This document shows positions 47,156 through 55,499 of a stretch of DNA of 64,000 nt, piece after piece. Source of the stretch: Bacteroidales bacterium (GTDB lineage Bacteria > Bacteroidota > Bacteroidia > Bacteroidales > UBA10428). The position numbers were made by a program, and so were the translations under genes. Below the pieces are notes generated by a model. That model worked only from the letters and a program-made list of their open reading frames with translations, searched no databases and was not told where the DNA came from. Where the stretch lies: positions 5,759 to 69,758 of the forward strand of contig JAFGPB010000062.1 of the NCBI GenBank assembly GCA_016926205.1. Reading direction: 5' to 3'. How positions within the stretch are numbered: the first letter of the stretch is position 1; each line of letters opens with the position of its first letter.

Positions 47156-50137
47156 TCACTTTGGCTTATATACCACCGCTTTGTTTGTTCTGCCGTCAAT
47201 TTCAATTTTCAGCGGATTCCTGAAACTGATCTGTTTCAGATTTTCAGTTTCTTCTGTTACCGGGAGGCTGTCAAGATATTCCACATTATAGATTCCGTCT
47301 TTCTGATAAGGATTCACGGTCAGATATCCCACACCAAAGGTTGTGAGGTTGTGGAAAAAGTGCGTGCCCTGACTGGGTTCCACGCGGTAATGCTCAAGTC
47401 CGGATTCAACAATGATCCTTACGGCAGAGATCTGCGCCCATTTAATGGGAATGCCGAGCCAGGGATCCGTTGATCCCCAGCGGCCGGGTCCGATCAGGAT
47501 ATAACTCCTGTTTTTTCCTGATAAGTGACTGTTCAGTTTTTCGAGTTCATCAGTTATGCCTGTGTTTGCAGAGGGACTGTATGCATGCGTCTTTACATAA
47601 ATAATGTCTGAAATATTCGTATATACTCCATTTCCCAGTGCTTTTTCGGAATATACAATCACCTCCTGCGGATCAACCTTGTCAATTTTGAAATTTATAT
47701 TTTGTTCATTGATTACGATAGGTCTGATCTGAAGAAAGTTAAAAACGGGAGGCTTATCTGCGGGCTGGTCAATGTCCACTGCAAATTCGATCTCTACAGG
47801 ATTATTCATTGCCTGCTGACCCGTTTTCAGAATACTGTCAAGAATTTCCGCAAGAGGAAAACTACCATAATTCAGGATGTTGGAAAAGGTGATAATCTTC
47901 TTTCCCGGCAGGTCGTACCCATCCCTGATGACATTGTTCTCAAAATCATATACCGAGGCAGCAAACCTCAGGGTGCCGTCCTTTTCTGCGTCCTTTATGT
48001 CATATCGGATCAGGTTTATTTTGTCGTCAGTTGACGGGGTGAACCGGCCGGGGTCCAGATTCAGTGCATAGAATTGCTTTTGTGTGGATTTCATGGCAAG
48101 GTCAGGGTTTGACAGTTGAATGATCTTTTTTGGGAAGCGCGGTGAGAACCGGAGGACCGTGCCTCCTTCGGCAATCATTTTGCCCAGTCCGAAAGCAATG
48201 GTGGCTATACCGTCTTCGGCTTTTTCAGGGTGGACAGGATAGAAGTTAATGGATCGCGCCACCCCGCTCAGGATAGGGTAAAAACGGTCACCATATGGTC
48301 TGCCACAAACTTCCTGAATAATGATACCCATCTTTTCTTCGTCAATGATATTTGAAGTTGCCAGCGCATAAGCTTTGCTGGATTTGAAAAATACGGATGC
48401 ATAAACACATTTTATTGCTGTTTCAAGCAAATGCAGTGCAGCGGATTTATTGGCAACGAGAGGTATCATGTAGGTGTTGTATATCCCTGCAAATGGCTGA
48501 TAATAAGAGTCTTCCAATTTACTAGATGACCTTATGGCAAGTGGTTTCCGCGCCTGAAAAATGATTGTTCCAAGATCCTCCGTAATGTTTTCAGGCAATC
48601 GGGAATGCACGAATTTTACCAGGATTTCTTCATCACTGATGCCGGATACTGCCACATCATATAAGTTATTGTGTTCCATGAAAGCTTCGAAGACTTCCGT
48701 ACTCAATACGACCGTATTCGGAATTGAAATCTGCACATTTTTAAAATGGTCAAAAAGTTGATGCTGTTTCAGCAGGCTGCTGAAAAACGCCAGCCCCCTT
48801 GCCTTACCTCCGATGGATCCTTCACCAATACGGGAAAATCCAAGATATTCATCGTACATGTGCCGGTCAAATTCGGCAATAATCCCCTTCGATTTGCTGG
48901 AACGGAAACTGCTTATGGCTTTATAGATGTACTTCCTGACGTCACTGAGGCTTTTGAAATCTTCAAGTTTGGCAGGTTTGAATATCTGGGCTATGGGGAA
49001 CAGTGCACGTGCGTTCAGCCATTTAGAAATATCATCCCGTTGTGTGTGGTAAATGAGGATATCATCAGGTACCGTCATAATCAGTTGTTGCAGATCTCTG
49101 AGATTGGCGGCCACACAATATTCTTCAAAAGTATCCGGATGTCTGAAAACAAATTCTCCGAATCCGAAATTCCGGATGATGTATTGATTGAGTTCATTGT
49201 GAAGATTTTTGGAGTGCTTGTGAAGAAAGCCTGCACCCAGTCCAAGCGCTGTTTTTTCATGTGATCTGTCAGATGATTGCAGGAGAACGGGCAGATTTTT
49301 ATCCTCGGTTTTCACCAGACTGCAGAATTCAATACCGGCATCCAGGACTTTCGGACCTTTCCGGTCCGCGGTCATTTTGAAGCTCACATCCGATATGATG
49401 CCCAGTATATTTTTTTTATACTTTTTATATACTGTAACTGCATCAGCATAATTCTGAACCAAAAGGATTTTTGGGCGTCCCCTTCTGCGAAGCATTTTCT
49501 GGTGCTCATTCAGGGCTTCTTTCATGAATTCCATCGACTGTTCCAATACGATTTTGTAAAGGTTGGGCAGATAGGATGAAATGAAACGTACCGAATCTTC
49601 AACCAGTAAAATGGCCTGAACCCCGACTTCCTGGATATCAAAGTCGGCGTTCATTTTATCTTCGATCAGTTTGATGATGGCCAGCAACAGATCGCTGTTA
49701 CCCAGCCAGCAGAATACATAGTCAATTGCCCTGAGATCTTCGTTTTCAAGTTTCAGTGAGACTTCCCGTGAAAAATGTGTCAAAACGACAATGGGTATCT
49801 TCGGATGTGCTTCCTTAAGTTTACGGGCCAGTTCAAAAGTGTCCACATCTCCGATACTCAGCATTTCAATGATCAGGTCGATCTGTTCAGTCTCAAGAAT
49901 GGCCATCGCTTTTTTTGCTGAATTCGCCTGAATGAAAATAGGCGGATAACGCAGACTTAATGAAACATATTCATTAAAGATTTGTTCATCAATGCGACCG
50001 TCCTCTTCAAGCATGAAAAAGTCATAACTGCTGCAGATCACAAGCACTTTCCGGATACGGTTCTGCATGAGCAGGTTGAATGATGTATCGGAAAAGTAAT
50101 ATGTTTCAATCTGGGTTTCGGCAACTTTCTTGGCCAT
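47156..50137 (-). CDS. Two receiver-like domains fused to a PEP/pyruvate-binding (PPDK_N-type ATP-grasp) domain protein
   Basis: Receiver-like segments (KVLVICSSYDFF; ILLVEDS ... IISDVSF), then GEGSIGGKARGLAF and a long ATP-grasp-like region. I prefer the ATG at 50137 (MAKKV); the tracked start is TTG at 50155. Confidence 0.75.
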   Translation of the reverse strand: MAKKVAETQIETYYFSDTSFNLLMQNRIRKVLVICSSYDFFMLEEDGRIDEQIFNEYVSLSLRYPPIFIQANSAKKAMAILETEQIDLIIEMLSIGDVDTFELARKLKEAHPKIPIVVLTHFSREVSLKLENEDLRAIDYVFCWLGNSDLLLAIIKLIEDKMNADFDIQEVGVQAILLVEDSVRFISSYLPNLYKIVLEQSMEFMKEALNEHQKMLRRRGRPKILLVQNYADAVTVYKKYKKNILGIISDVSFKMTADRKGPKVLDAGIEFCSLVKTEDKNLPVLLQSSDRSHEKTALGLGAGFLHKHSKNLHNELNQYIIRNFGFGEFVFRHPDTFEEYCVAANLRDLQQLIMTVPDDILIYHTQRDDISKWLNARALFPIAQIFKPAKLEDFKSLSDVRKYIYKAISSFRSSKSKGIIAEFDRHMYDEYLGFSRIGEGSIGGKARGLAFFSSLLKQHQLFDHFKNVQISIPNTVVLSTEVFEAFMEHNNLYDVAVSGISDEEILVKFVHSRLPENITEDLGTIIFQARKPLAIRSSSKLEDSYYQPFAGIYNTYMIPLVANKSAALHLLETAIKCVYASVFFKSSKAYALATSNIIDEEKMGIIIQEVCGRPYGDRFYPILSGVARSINFYPVHPEKAEDGIATIAFGLGKMIAEGGTVLRFSPRFPKKIIQLSNPDLAMKSTQKQFYALNLDPGRFTPSTDDKINLIRYDIKDAEKDGTLRFAASVYDFENNVIRDGYDLPGKKIITFSNILNYGSFPLAEILDSILKTGQQAMNNPVEIEFAVDIDQPADKPPVFNFLQIRPIVINEQNINFKIDKVDPQEVIVYSEKALGNGVYTNISDIIYVKTHAYSPSANTGITDELEKLNSHLSGKNRSYILIGPGRWGSTDPWLGIPIKWAQISAVRIIVESGLEHYRVEPSQGTHFFHNLTTFGVGYLTVNPYQKDGIYNVEYLDSLPVTEETENLKQISFRNPLKIEIDGRTNKAVVYKPK

Positions 50138-50184
50138 AGTTGACACCTTTGGCAAATGAAATTTAGCTTATTTCTATGGAATAC

Positions 50185-51216
50185 TCAATTACCGTTATGG
50201 TTTTCCAGCTTAAAAATGTTACCGCTCATGAACAGGTCGTTCACATTTCCAACGGTTGATTTGTTGCGCGATGCCTCTATTTGCTGGTAGTATGTGTCTT
50301 CATATGTGTAAGCTTCACATGAACGTATGACTCCCATGGCAATGGGATTTTCCGGCAACATCATGCGGACCAGCATGTAATGCTTCGTATCCTCCCGGTC
50401 CACGGCATTGTGGATGAGGATATCCTCCTTCTTAATTCCGTTTTGACCTATGGTTACTGCTTTTAACCTTGAATCGTCCTGGATCAGGCCTTTTTCTTTA
50501 TTTTTGCCGAAAAGCATGGACTTTCCGTGTTCAAGATAGATCTGGTTCTCATCACGCAATTCCTTGCTTGTGATTTCAGAATGAACGGCATCATTGAAAA
50601 TCACACAGTTTTGAAGTACCTCGACCAGTGAGGTTCCTTTATGGGATGCTGCAGCAATAAATACCTTCTGCATCATTTCAAGATCATTGTCAACCACCCT
50701 GGCAAAGAAATTGCCCTGTGCGCCCATTGCAAGCTCACCGGGCAGGAAAGGACTTGCAATGGTACCGCTTGGTGAAGTTTTTGTTATACTGCCCTTGGGG
50801 GTAGTCGGGGAGAATTGTCCCTTAGTCAGGCCATAGATTTTATTGTTGATCAGCAAAATGTTGATGTCGAGATTCCTTCTCAGTAGATGGATGAAATGGT
50901 TTCCTCCAATCGCCATAGAATCACCGTCACCTGTCACCAGCCAAACGCTCAATCCGGGATTTGCAAGCTTGATTCCCGTGGCTATTGCCGCACCGCGCCC
51001 ATGCAGTCCGTGAAAGCCATAAGTGTTAATATAGTAAGGAAATCGAGATGAACAACCGATGCCTGAAACAAAGACAATATTCTCTTTTTTTATGCCGGTT
51101 TCAGGAAGTACTTTCTGCATGGCTGAAAGTACAGCATGACAGCCACAACCGGGACACCACCGTACGTCATTGTCCATTTTGAAATCCTTTGCCGTTGTTT
51201 TGCTATAGTTTTCCAT
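50185..51216 (-). CDS. korB: 2-oxoacid (2-oxoglutarate):ferredoxin oxidoreductase beta subunit
   Basis: WCPGCGCHAVL and the TPP motif TGDGDSMAIGGNH. Confidence 0.9.
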   Translation of the reverse strand: MENYSKTTAKDFKMDNDVRWCPGCGCHAVLSAMQKVLPETGIKKENIVFVSGIGCSSRFPYYINTYGFHGLHGRGAAIATGIKLANPGLSVWLVTGDGDSMAIGGNHFIHLLRRNLDINILLINNKIYGLTKGQFSPTTPKGSITKTSPSGTIASPFLPGELAMGAQGNFFARVVDNDLEMMQKVFIAAASHKGTSLVEVLQNCVIFNDAVHSEITSKELRDENQIYLEHGKSMLFGKNKEKGLIQDDSRLKAVTIGQNGIKKEDILIHNAVDREDTKHYMLVRMMLPENPIAMGVIRSCEAYTYEDTYYQQIEASRNKSTVGNVNDLFMSGNIFKLENHNGN

Positions 51217-51221
51217 AGTTG

Positions 51222-53075
51222 TCAGCTTCCAGAGAAACCCAGTATTTCTTCAAACTTATGTTTCAATTCAGAGATCAGGAACGGGAGTCCCTGCACCTTG
51301 TTGAACTGAAGATAATGAAAATGCGGCAGTTTACTGCGCAGGTAAGTTGCAAGCTGTCCGAGATTAAGCTCACATACGACAATATTTTTAAATCTGCCCA
51401 AAATATCAGGAATATTATAGGGCAGGGGATTGATATAGTTGAGCTGGACCAGACTGATGCTGTGACCTTCTTCCTGCATTTCCTGCACAGCTGTATAAAG
51501 GGCACCAAATGTCCCTCCCCATCCGATCACAAGAAGATCACCCTCAGGCTGGCCTATAACTTCCTGTCTCGGTATATAATAGACCACCTTATCCAGTTTG
51601 TCTCTCCGGAGCAAGGTCATGATCTCATGATTAAAAGGATCGTATGATATTTCCCCGGTTACATCTGCCTTTTCCAGTCCTCCTATGTGATGCCGCAAAC
51701 CTTCCTGACCTGGAACCGCCCAGAATCTTGAAAGGGTTTCAGGATCCCGGTTATAAGGTTTGAATGAAGGATCATTGTCTTTTATACGGGGGACCTTTAT
51801 TTTCGGAAGTTCAGAGATTTCCGGGATGTGCCACAACTCGGATCCGTTGGCCAGATATCCGTCTGAAAGTAAAATGACAGGAGTCATATGTTCTATTGCC
51901 AGTCTCGCAGCCTCATAGGCAAAGTCGAAACAATTGGCAGGTGTTGAGGATGCCAGCACAACACAGGGACTTTCACCATGTCGGCCATACAGCGCCTGAA
52001 GCAGATCCGATTGTTCAGTCTTTGTGGGCAATCCCGTTGACGGTCCGCCCCGCTGCACATCCACAACAACGAGCGGCAATTCCGTGATTACTGCGAGACC
52101 GATTCCCTCACTTTTAAGGGATAAACCGGGTCCGGATGTTGTTGATACACCCAGACATCCTGCAAATGATGCACCGATTGCAGAACATACCCCGGCGATT
52201 TCATCCTCCGCCTGAAAAGCAATGGTTCCGAGGTTTTTCGTTTTTACAAGTTCCTGTAAAATTTCAGATGCGGGTGTGATCGGGTAGGATCCGAGGTATA
52301 ATTTGCATCCCGACTTTTCTGCAGCTGCCAGCAAGCCCCAGGCAATTGCCGTATTTCCATTTATGTTGCGATAGTATCCCGGTCCCTTTTCAGCTGGCTT
52401 GACCCTGTACGTAGATTCAATCGCTTCCACGGTTTCGGCATAATTATATCCTGCCCGCAGCACCTCAATGTTTGCTTCGACCAGCTTTGGGTTGTTTCTG
52501 AACCGGTCACGCAGGAAATTCTCCCCGATCTTCAGATCCCGGTTGAAAAGCCAGAAGAGAATACCTGCAACGAACTGATTTTTAGTCCTGTCTGCCGTTT
52601 TTAAATCAAGTCCGAACCGCTTGACCACATCACGGGTCATTTCAGTGATCGGAGCCCTTACTACATTGTATTCGTCCAGTGATCCGTCTCCAAGTGGATC
52701 TTCCACATATTCGGCCCTTTTATAATGACGGGAATCAAAGCTGCTGATGTCGACAATGATCGTCGCTCCGGGTTTCACCCAGTTCATATTGGCCTTAAGG
52801 GCAGCCGGATTCATTGCCACAAGCACATCAGCCTGATCTCCTGGGGACTGTATTTCTTTATGCCCGATGCGCACCTGAAAACCGGATACACCGGCAACCG
52901 TACCCTGAGGCGCCCTGATTTCAGCCGGGTAGTCGGGGAATGTAGCAAGATCATTGCCGATAAATGCTGAAGTATCAGAAAATTGTGCTCCTGTTAGTTG
53001 TATGCCGTCACCGGAGTCACCTGCAAATTTCACAACAACATCGTCTCTTTCAATGACTCTAACTCGTTTCTTCAC
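51222..53075 (-). CDS. korA: 2-oxoacid (2-oxoglutarate):ferredoxin oxidoreductase alpha subunit (fused gamma-alpha type)
   Basis: 617 aa starting KFAGDSGDGIQLTG with a PFOR domain I-like core. GTG start. 5 bp upstream of korB. Confidence 0.9.
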   Translation of the reverse strand: MKKRVRVIERDDVVVKFAGDSGDGIQLTGAQFSDTSAFIGNDLATFPDYPAEIRAPQGTVAGVSGFQVRIGHKEIQSPGDQADVLVAMNPAALKANMNWVKPGATIIVDISSFDSRHYKRAEYVEDPLGDGSLDEYNVVRAPITEMTRDVVKRFGLDLKTADRTKNQFVAGILFWLFNRDLKIGENFLRDRFRNNPKLVEANIEVLRAGYNYAETVEAIESTYRVKPAEKGPGYYRNINGNTAIAWGLLAAAEKSGCKLYLGSYPITPASEILQELVKTKNLGTIAFQAEDEIAGVCSAIGASFAGCLGVSTTSGPGLSLKSEGIGLAVITELPLVVVDVQRGGPSTGLPTKTEQSDLLQALYGRHGESPCVVLASSTPANCFDFAYEAARLAIEHMTPVILLSDGYLANGSELWHIPEISELPKIKVPRIKDNDPSFKPYNRDPETLSRFWAVPGQEGLRHHIGGLEKADVTGEISYDPFNHEIMTLLRRDKLDKVVYYIPRQEVIGQPEGDLLVIGWGGTFGALYTAVQEMQEEGHSISLVQLNYINPLPYNIPDILGRFKNIVVCELNLGQLATYLRSKLPHFHYLQFNKVQGLPFLISELKHKFEEILGFSGS

Positions 53076-53296
53076 AAGAATATAATTTAATATTTTAACG
53101 GTCTTGTGGAACTTAGCATTAAGATTCTGTTATGTATCTGCAATGTTAGCGAATTCAAACATGAATAGCCATGATTATTGTCCTGATTTTTCCGGTCAGC
53201 CAGAAAATCAATGACCGATGAATTTGTTTTCGTATGCAATGGGCGTCAGGTTGCTGAAAATCGGTTCACAATCCTGCAAACCCTGTTAAAATTTTA

Positions 53297-54103
53297 TCAT
53301 AAGTCCATCTTTTCCAGCCGGATTTCTTCATCAAAGAACAGTCTGGAGATGACCTGGAAGTATTCCGTATAATCAGAGACTATGAACTTGTAACGGGGAT
53401 TTGATTCCATGTTCAGCTGATTTTTTTCGCCCAGCAATTTACGCAGGTAATTTGCCACAATAGCTGATGAATCAATTACATCCAGTTTAAAGTTGTAATA
53501 TTTGCTGATCTGGTTTTTAATGATGGGATAGTGCGTGCACCCCATGATCAATGCGTCAATATCCCGGAGTTCATGTCTTGAAAGGTAGGACCGGATGATC
53601 GCATTGCTGATGTCATCATATATGAAACCTTCTTCAATCATGGGTACGAACAGGGGTGTGGCCAGCGTGGATACGACGATGAGCGGATTTAAGGCTTTTA
53701 TCTTTTTATCATAGGTTTCGCTGTTTATCGTGGCCTTGGTGCCGATTATCCCAATATTCTTATATTCAGCTCTTTTTGTGACGTAATCGACAACCGGATT
53801 GATCACATCCACAACAACAGCCTGGTTGCCTGCTTCTTCCTTTATTGCTTCATACGCATTGGCTGATGCAGTGTTGCATGCCACGACGATGACTTTGCAA
53901 TTTTGACCGATCAGGAAACGGGTAATATTTGCTGCGTAAGAGATGATGGTCTCCCTTGATTTGTCACCATAAGGAAGATGTGCTGTATCACCAAAATAGA
54001 TCAGGTTTTCGTTTGGTAATATCTGTTTGATGGCACTGGCCACTGTTAGGCCGCCTACACCTGAATCAAAGATTCCGACAGGACGGGTGGTTATTTTCTT
54101 CAT
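53297..54103 (-). CDS. murI: Glutamate racemase
   Basis: GIFDSGVGGLTV, VVACNTAS and GCTHYP motifs. Confidence 0.92.
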   Translation of the reverse strand: MKKITTRPVGIFDSGVGGLTVASAIKQILPNENLIYFGDTAHLPYGDKSRETIISYAANITRFLIGQNCKVIVVACNTASANAYEAIKEEAGNQAVVVDVINPVVDYVTKRAEYKNIGIIGTKATINSETYDKKIKALNPLIVVSTLATPLFVPMIEEGFIYDDISNAIIRSYLSRHELRDIDALIMGCTHYPIIKNQISKYYNFKLDVIDSSAIVANYLRKLLGEKNQLNMESNPRYKFIVSDYTEYFQVISRLFFDEEIRLEKMDL

Positions 54104-54173
54104 ACTTCATTGTTTAGTTGTCCTATGATTCCTATTTACCATTGAATGAAGTGTCACGAATAGCAATACGAAT

Positions 54174-54210
54174 AAAAAAACCGTCTCTTACCCCAGGTTG
54201 AGACGGTTTT
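54174..54210 (-). terminator. Rho-independent terminator after the skp-bamA operon
   Basis: Minus strand reads AAAACCGTCTC-aacctggggtaa-GAGACGGTTTTTTT. Confidence 0.75.
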
Positions 54211-54228
54211 AACCTGTTAATAAAGGAC

Positions 54229-54753
54229 TTATTGCAGTCCGAGTTTATCTTTGACAAGAGGCAGAATATCAATAGATTCATCAGAGGTGAAAACTACTGA
54301 TCCGGCTGCGATATCAAACACATACGTAAATCCGTTTTCCCTGGACACTTCTTCAATGGCGCCAATGGCCTTTTCCTGAATGGGCTGAAACAACCTGGCC
54401 TGCTGGTCTGAGAGGTCCTGTTCAGCCTGTGTCTGGAAATTCTGTGCCCGTGTGTTCAGTGATTGCAGCTCTTCTTCCCTTGTCCTGAGTATCAGGGCAC
54501 TTGTTGTGGGTTCGTTGGCCAGATTTACGTATTCCTGGTATTTTTTGTTGTATTCAACCTGCAACTCTTCCATGGTCGTCTGCAAATCCTGGGCACTCTT
54601 TTCCAATATCTTTTGTGCGCTGTCCGTTTCGGGCATGGCAGCAAACAATTCATTGGTATTCAGGTGGCCAAGTTTCACGGGACTTTGTCCCAGAGCACTG
54701 TTGCCTGGTAGCCCCAATACAATAACAGCCAGAAATATAATCAGTTTTTTCAT
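54229..54753 (-). CDS. OmpH/Skp family periplasmic chaperone
   Basis: Signal peptide, coiled-coil Q/E-rich core, and a position downstream of bamA. Confidence 0.85.
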   Translation of the reverse strand: MKKLIIFLAVIVLGLPGNSALGQSPVKLGHLNTNELFAAMPETDSAQKILEKSAQDLQTTMEELQVEYNKKYQEYVNLANEPTTSALILRTREEELQSLNTRAQNFQTQAEQDLSDQQARLFQPIQEKAIGAIEEVSRENGFTYVFDIAAGSVVFTSDESIDILPLVKDKLGLQ

Positions 54754-54789
54754 TGTAAGATCAATTAATTACGGCACAAATGTATAAAT

Positions 54790-55305
54790 TTAATTCTTAT
54801 ATCCTAATTTTTGAAGTACTTCATCACTCAGATCGTATCTGGGATTGAAGTAAACCATGACCGGTCCGCCTGCTGTATCGAAAATGACGGCATAACCTTC
54901 TTCCGTTGCCATGTCTCTGATGGCATTATAAACCTCATCCTGAATGGGCTGTATCAATTCCTGACGTTTCTGGAACAACTGTCCTTCCTGACCAAAATAG
55001 CTGGTTTGTATCTCTTTCACGTCTTTCTCCTTGTCAATGATCTCATCTTCACGTTTCCGTCTCATTTCCTCAGAAAGCAGAACCCTTTCTGCCTGATAAT
55101 CATTATAAAGCTGCTCAATTTCGGCATACTGGGCTTCAATTTCCTGCTGCCATCCTTCTGAAAGCTTATCCAGTTGTTCCTGGGCTGCTTTATATCCGGG
55201 AATATTATCCAGGATATAATCGGTATCCACAAAAGCATATTTCTGGGCTATTGTCAGTGAAAAAGTGAACAACAATCCGGATAATAGTAATACTGTTCGT
55301 TTCAT
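54790..55305 (-). CDS. OmpH/Skp family periplasmic chaperone (tandem paralog)
   Basis: Signal peptide, QKYAFVDTDYIL start, and a coiled-coil core. Confidence 0.85.
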   Translation of the reverse strand: MKRTVLLLSGLLFTFSLTIAQKYAFVDTDYILDNIPGYKAAQEQLDKLSEGWQQEIEAQYAEIEQLYNDYQAERVLLSEEMRRKREDEIIDKEKDVKEIQTSYFGQEGQLFQKRQELIQPIQDEVYNAIRDMATEEGYAVIFDTAGGPVMVYFNPRYDLSDEVLQKLGYKN

Positions 55306-55499
55306 ACTTTTATTATTTTGTTTATAATGGTCCTATAGTTTGTCCCGGTTTACCGGGAGAACACCCAAACTAATATTCTTATTTGTGAAATAAGTCTTAC
55401 GCGGGTGTTTCATGACACTTGTTTTTGATTCCTGATTCAATTTCATAGATATTCACGAATATTCACAGCAAATTCAGTACCAAAAAATCAGCGGTCATT

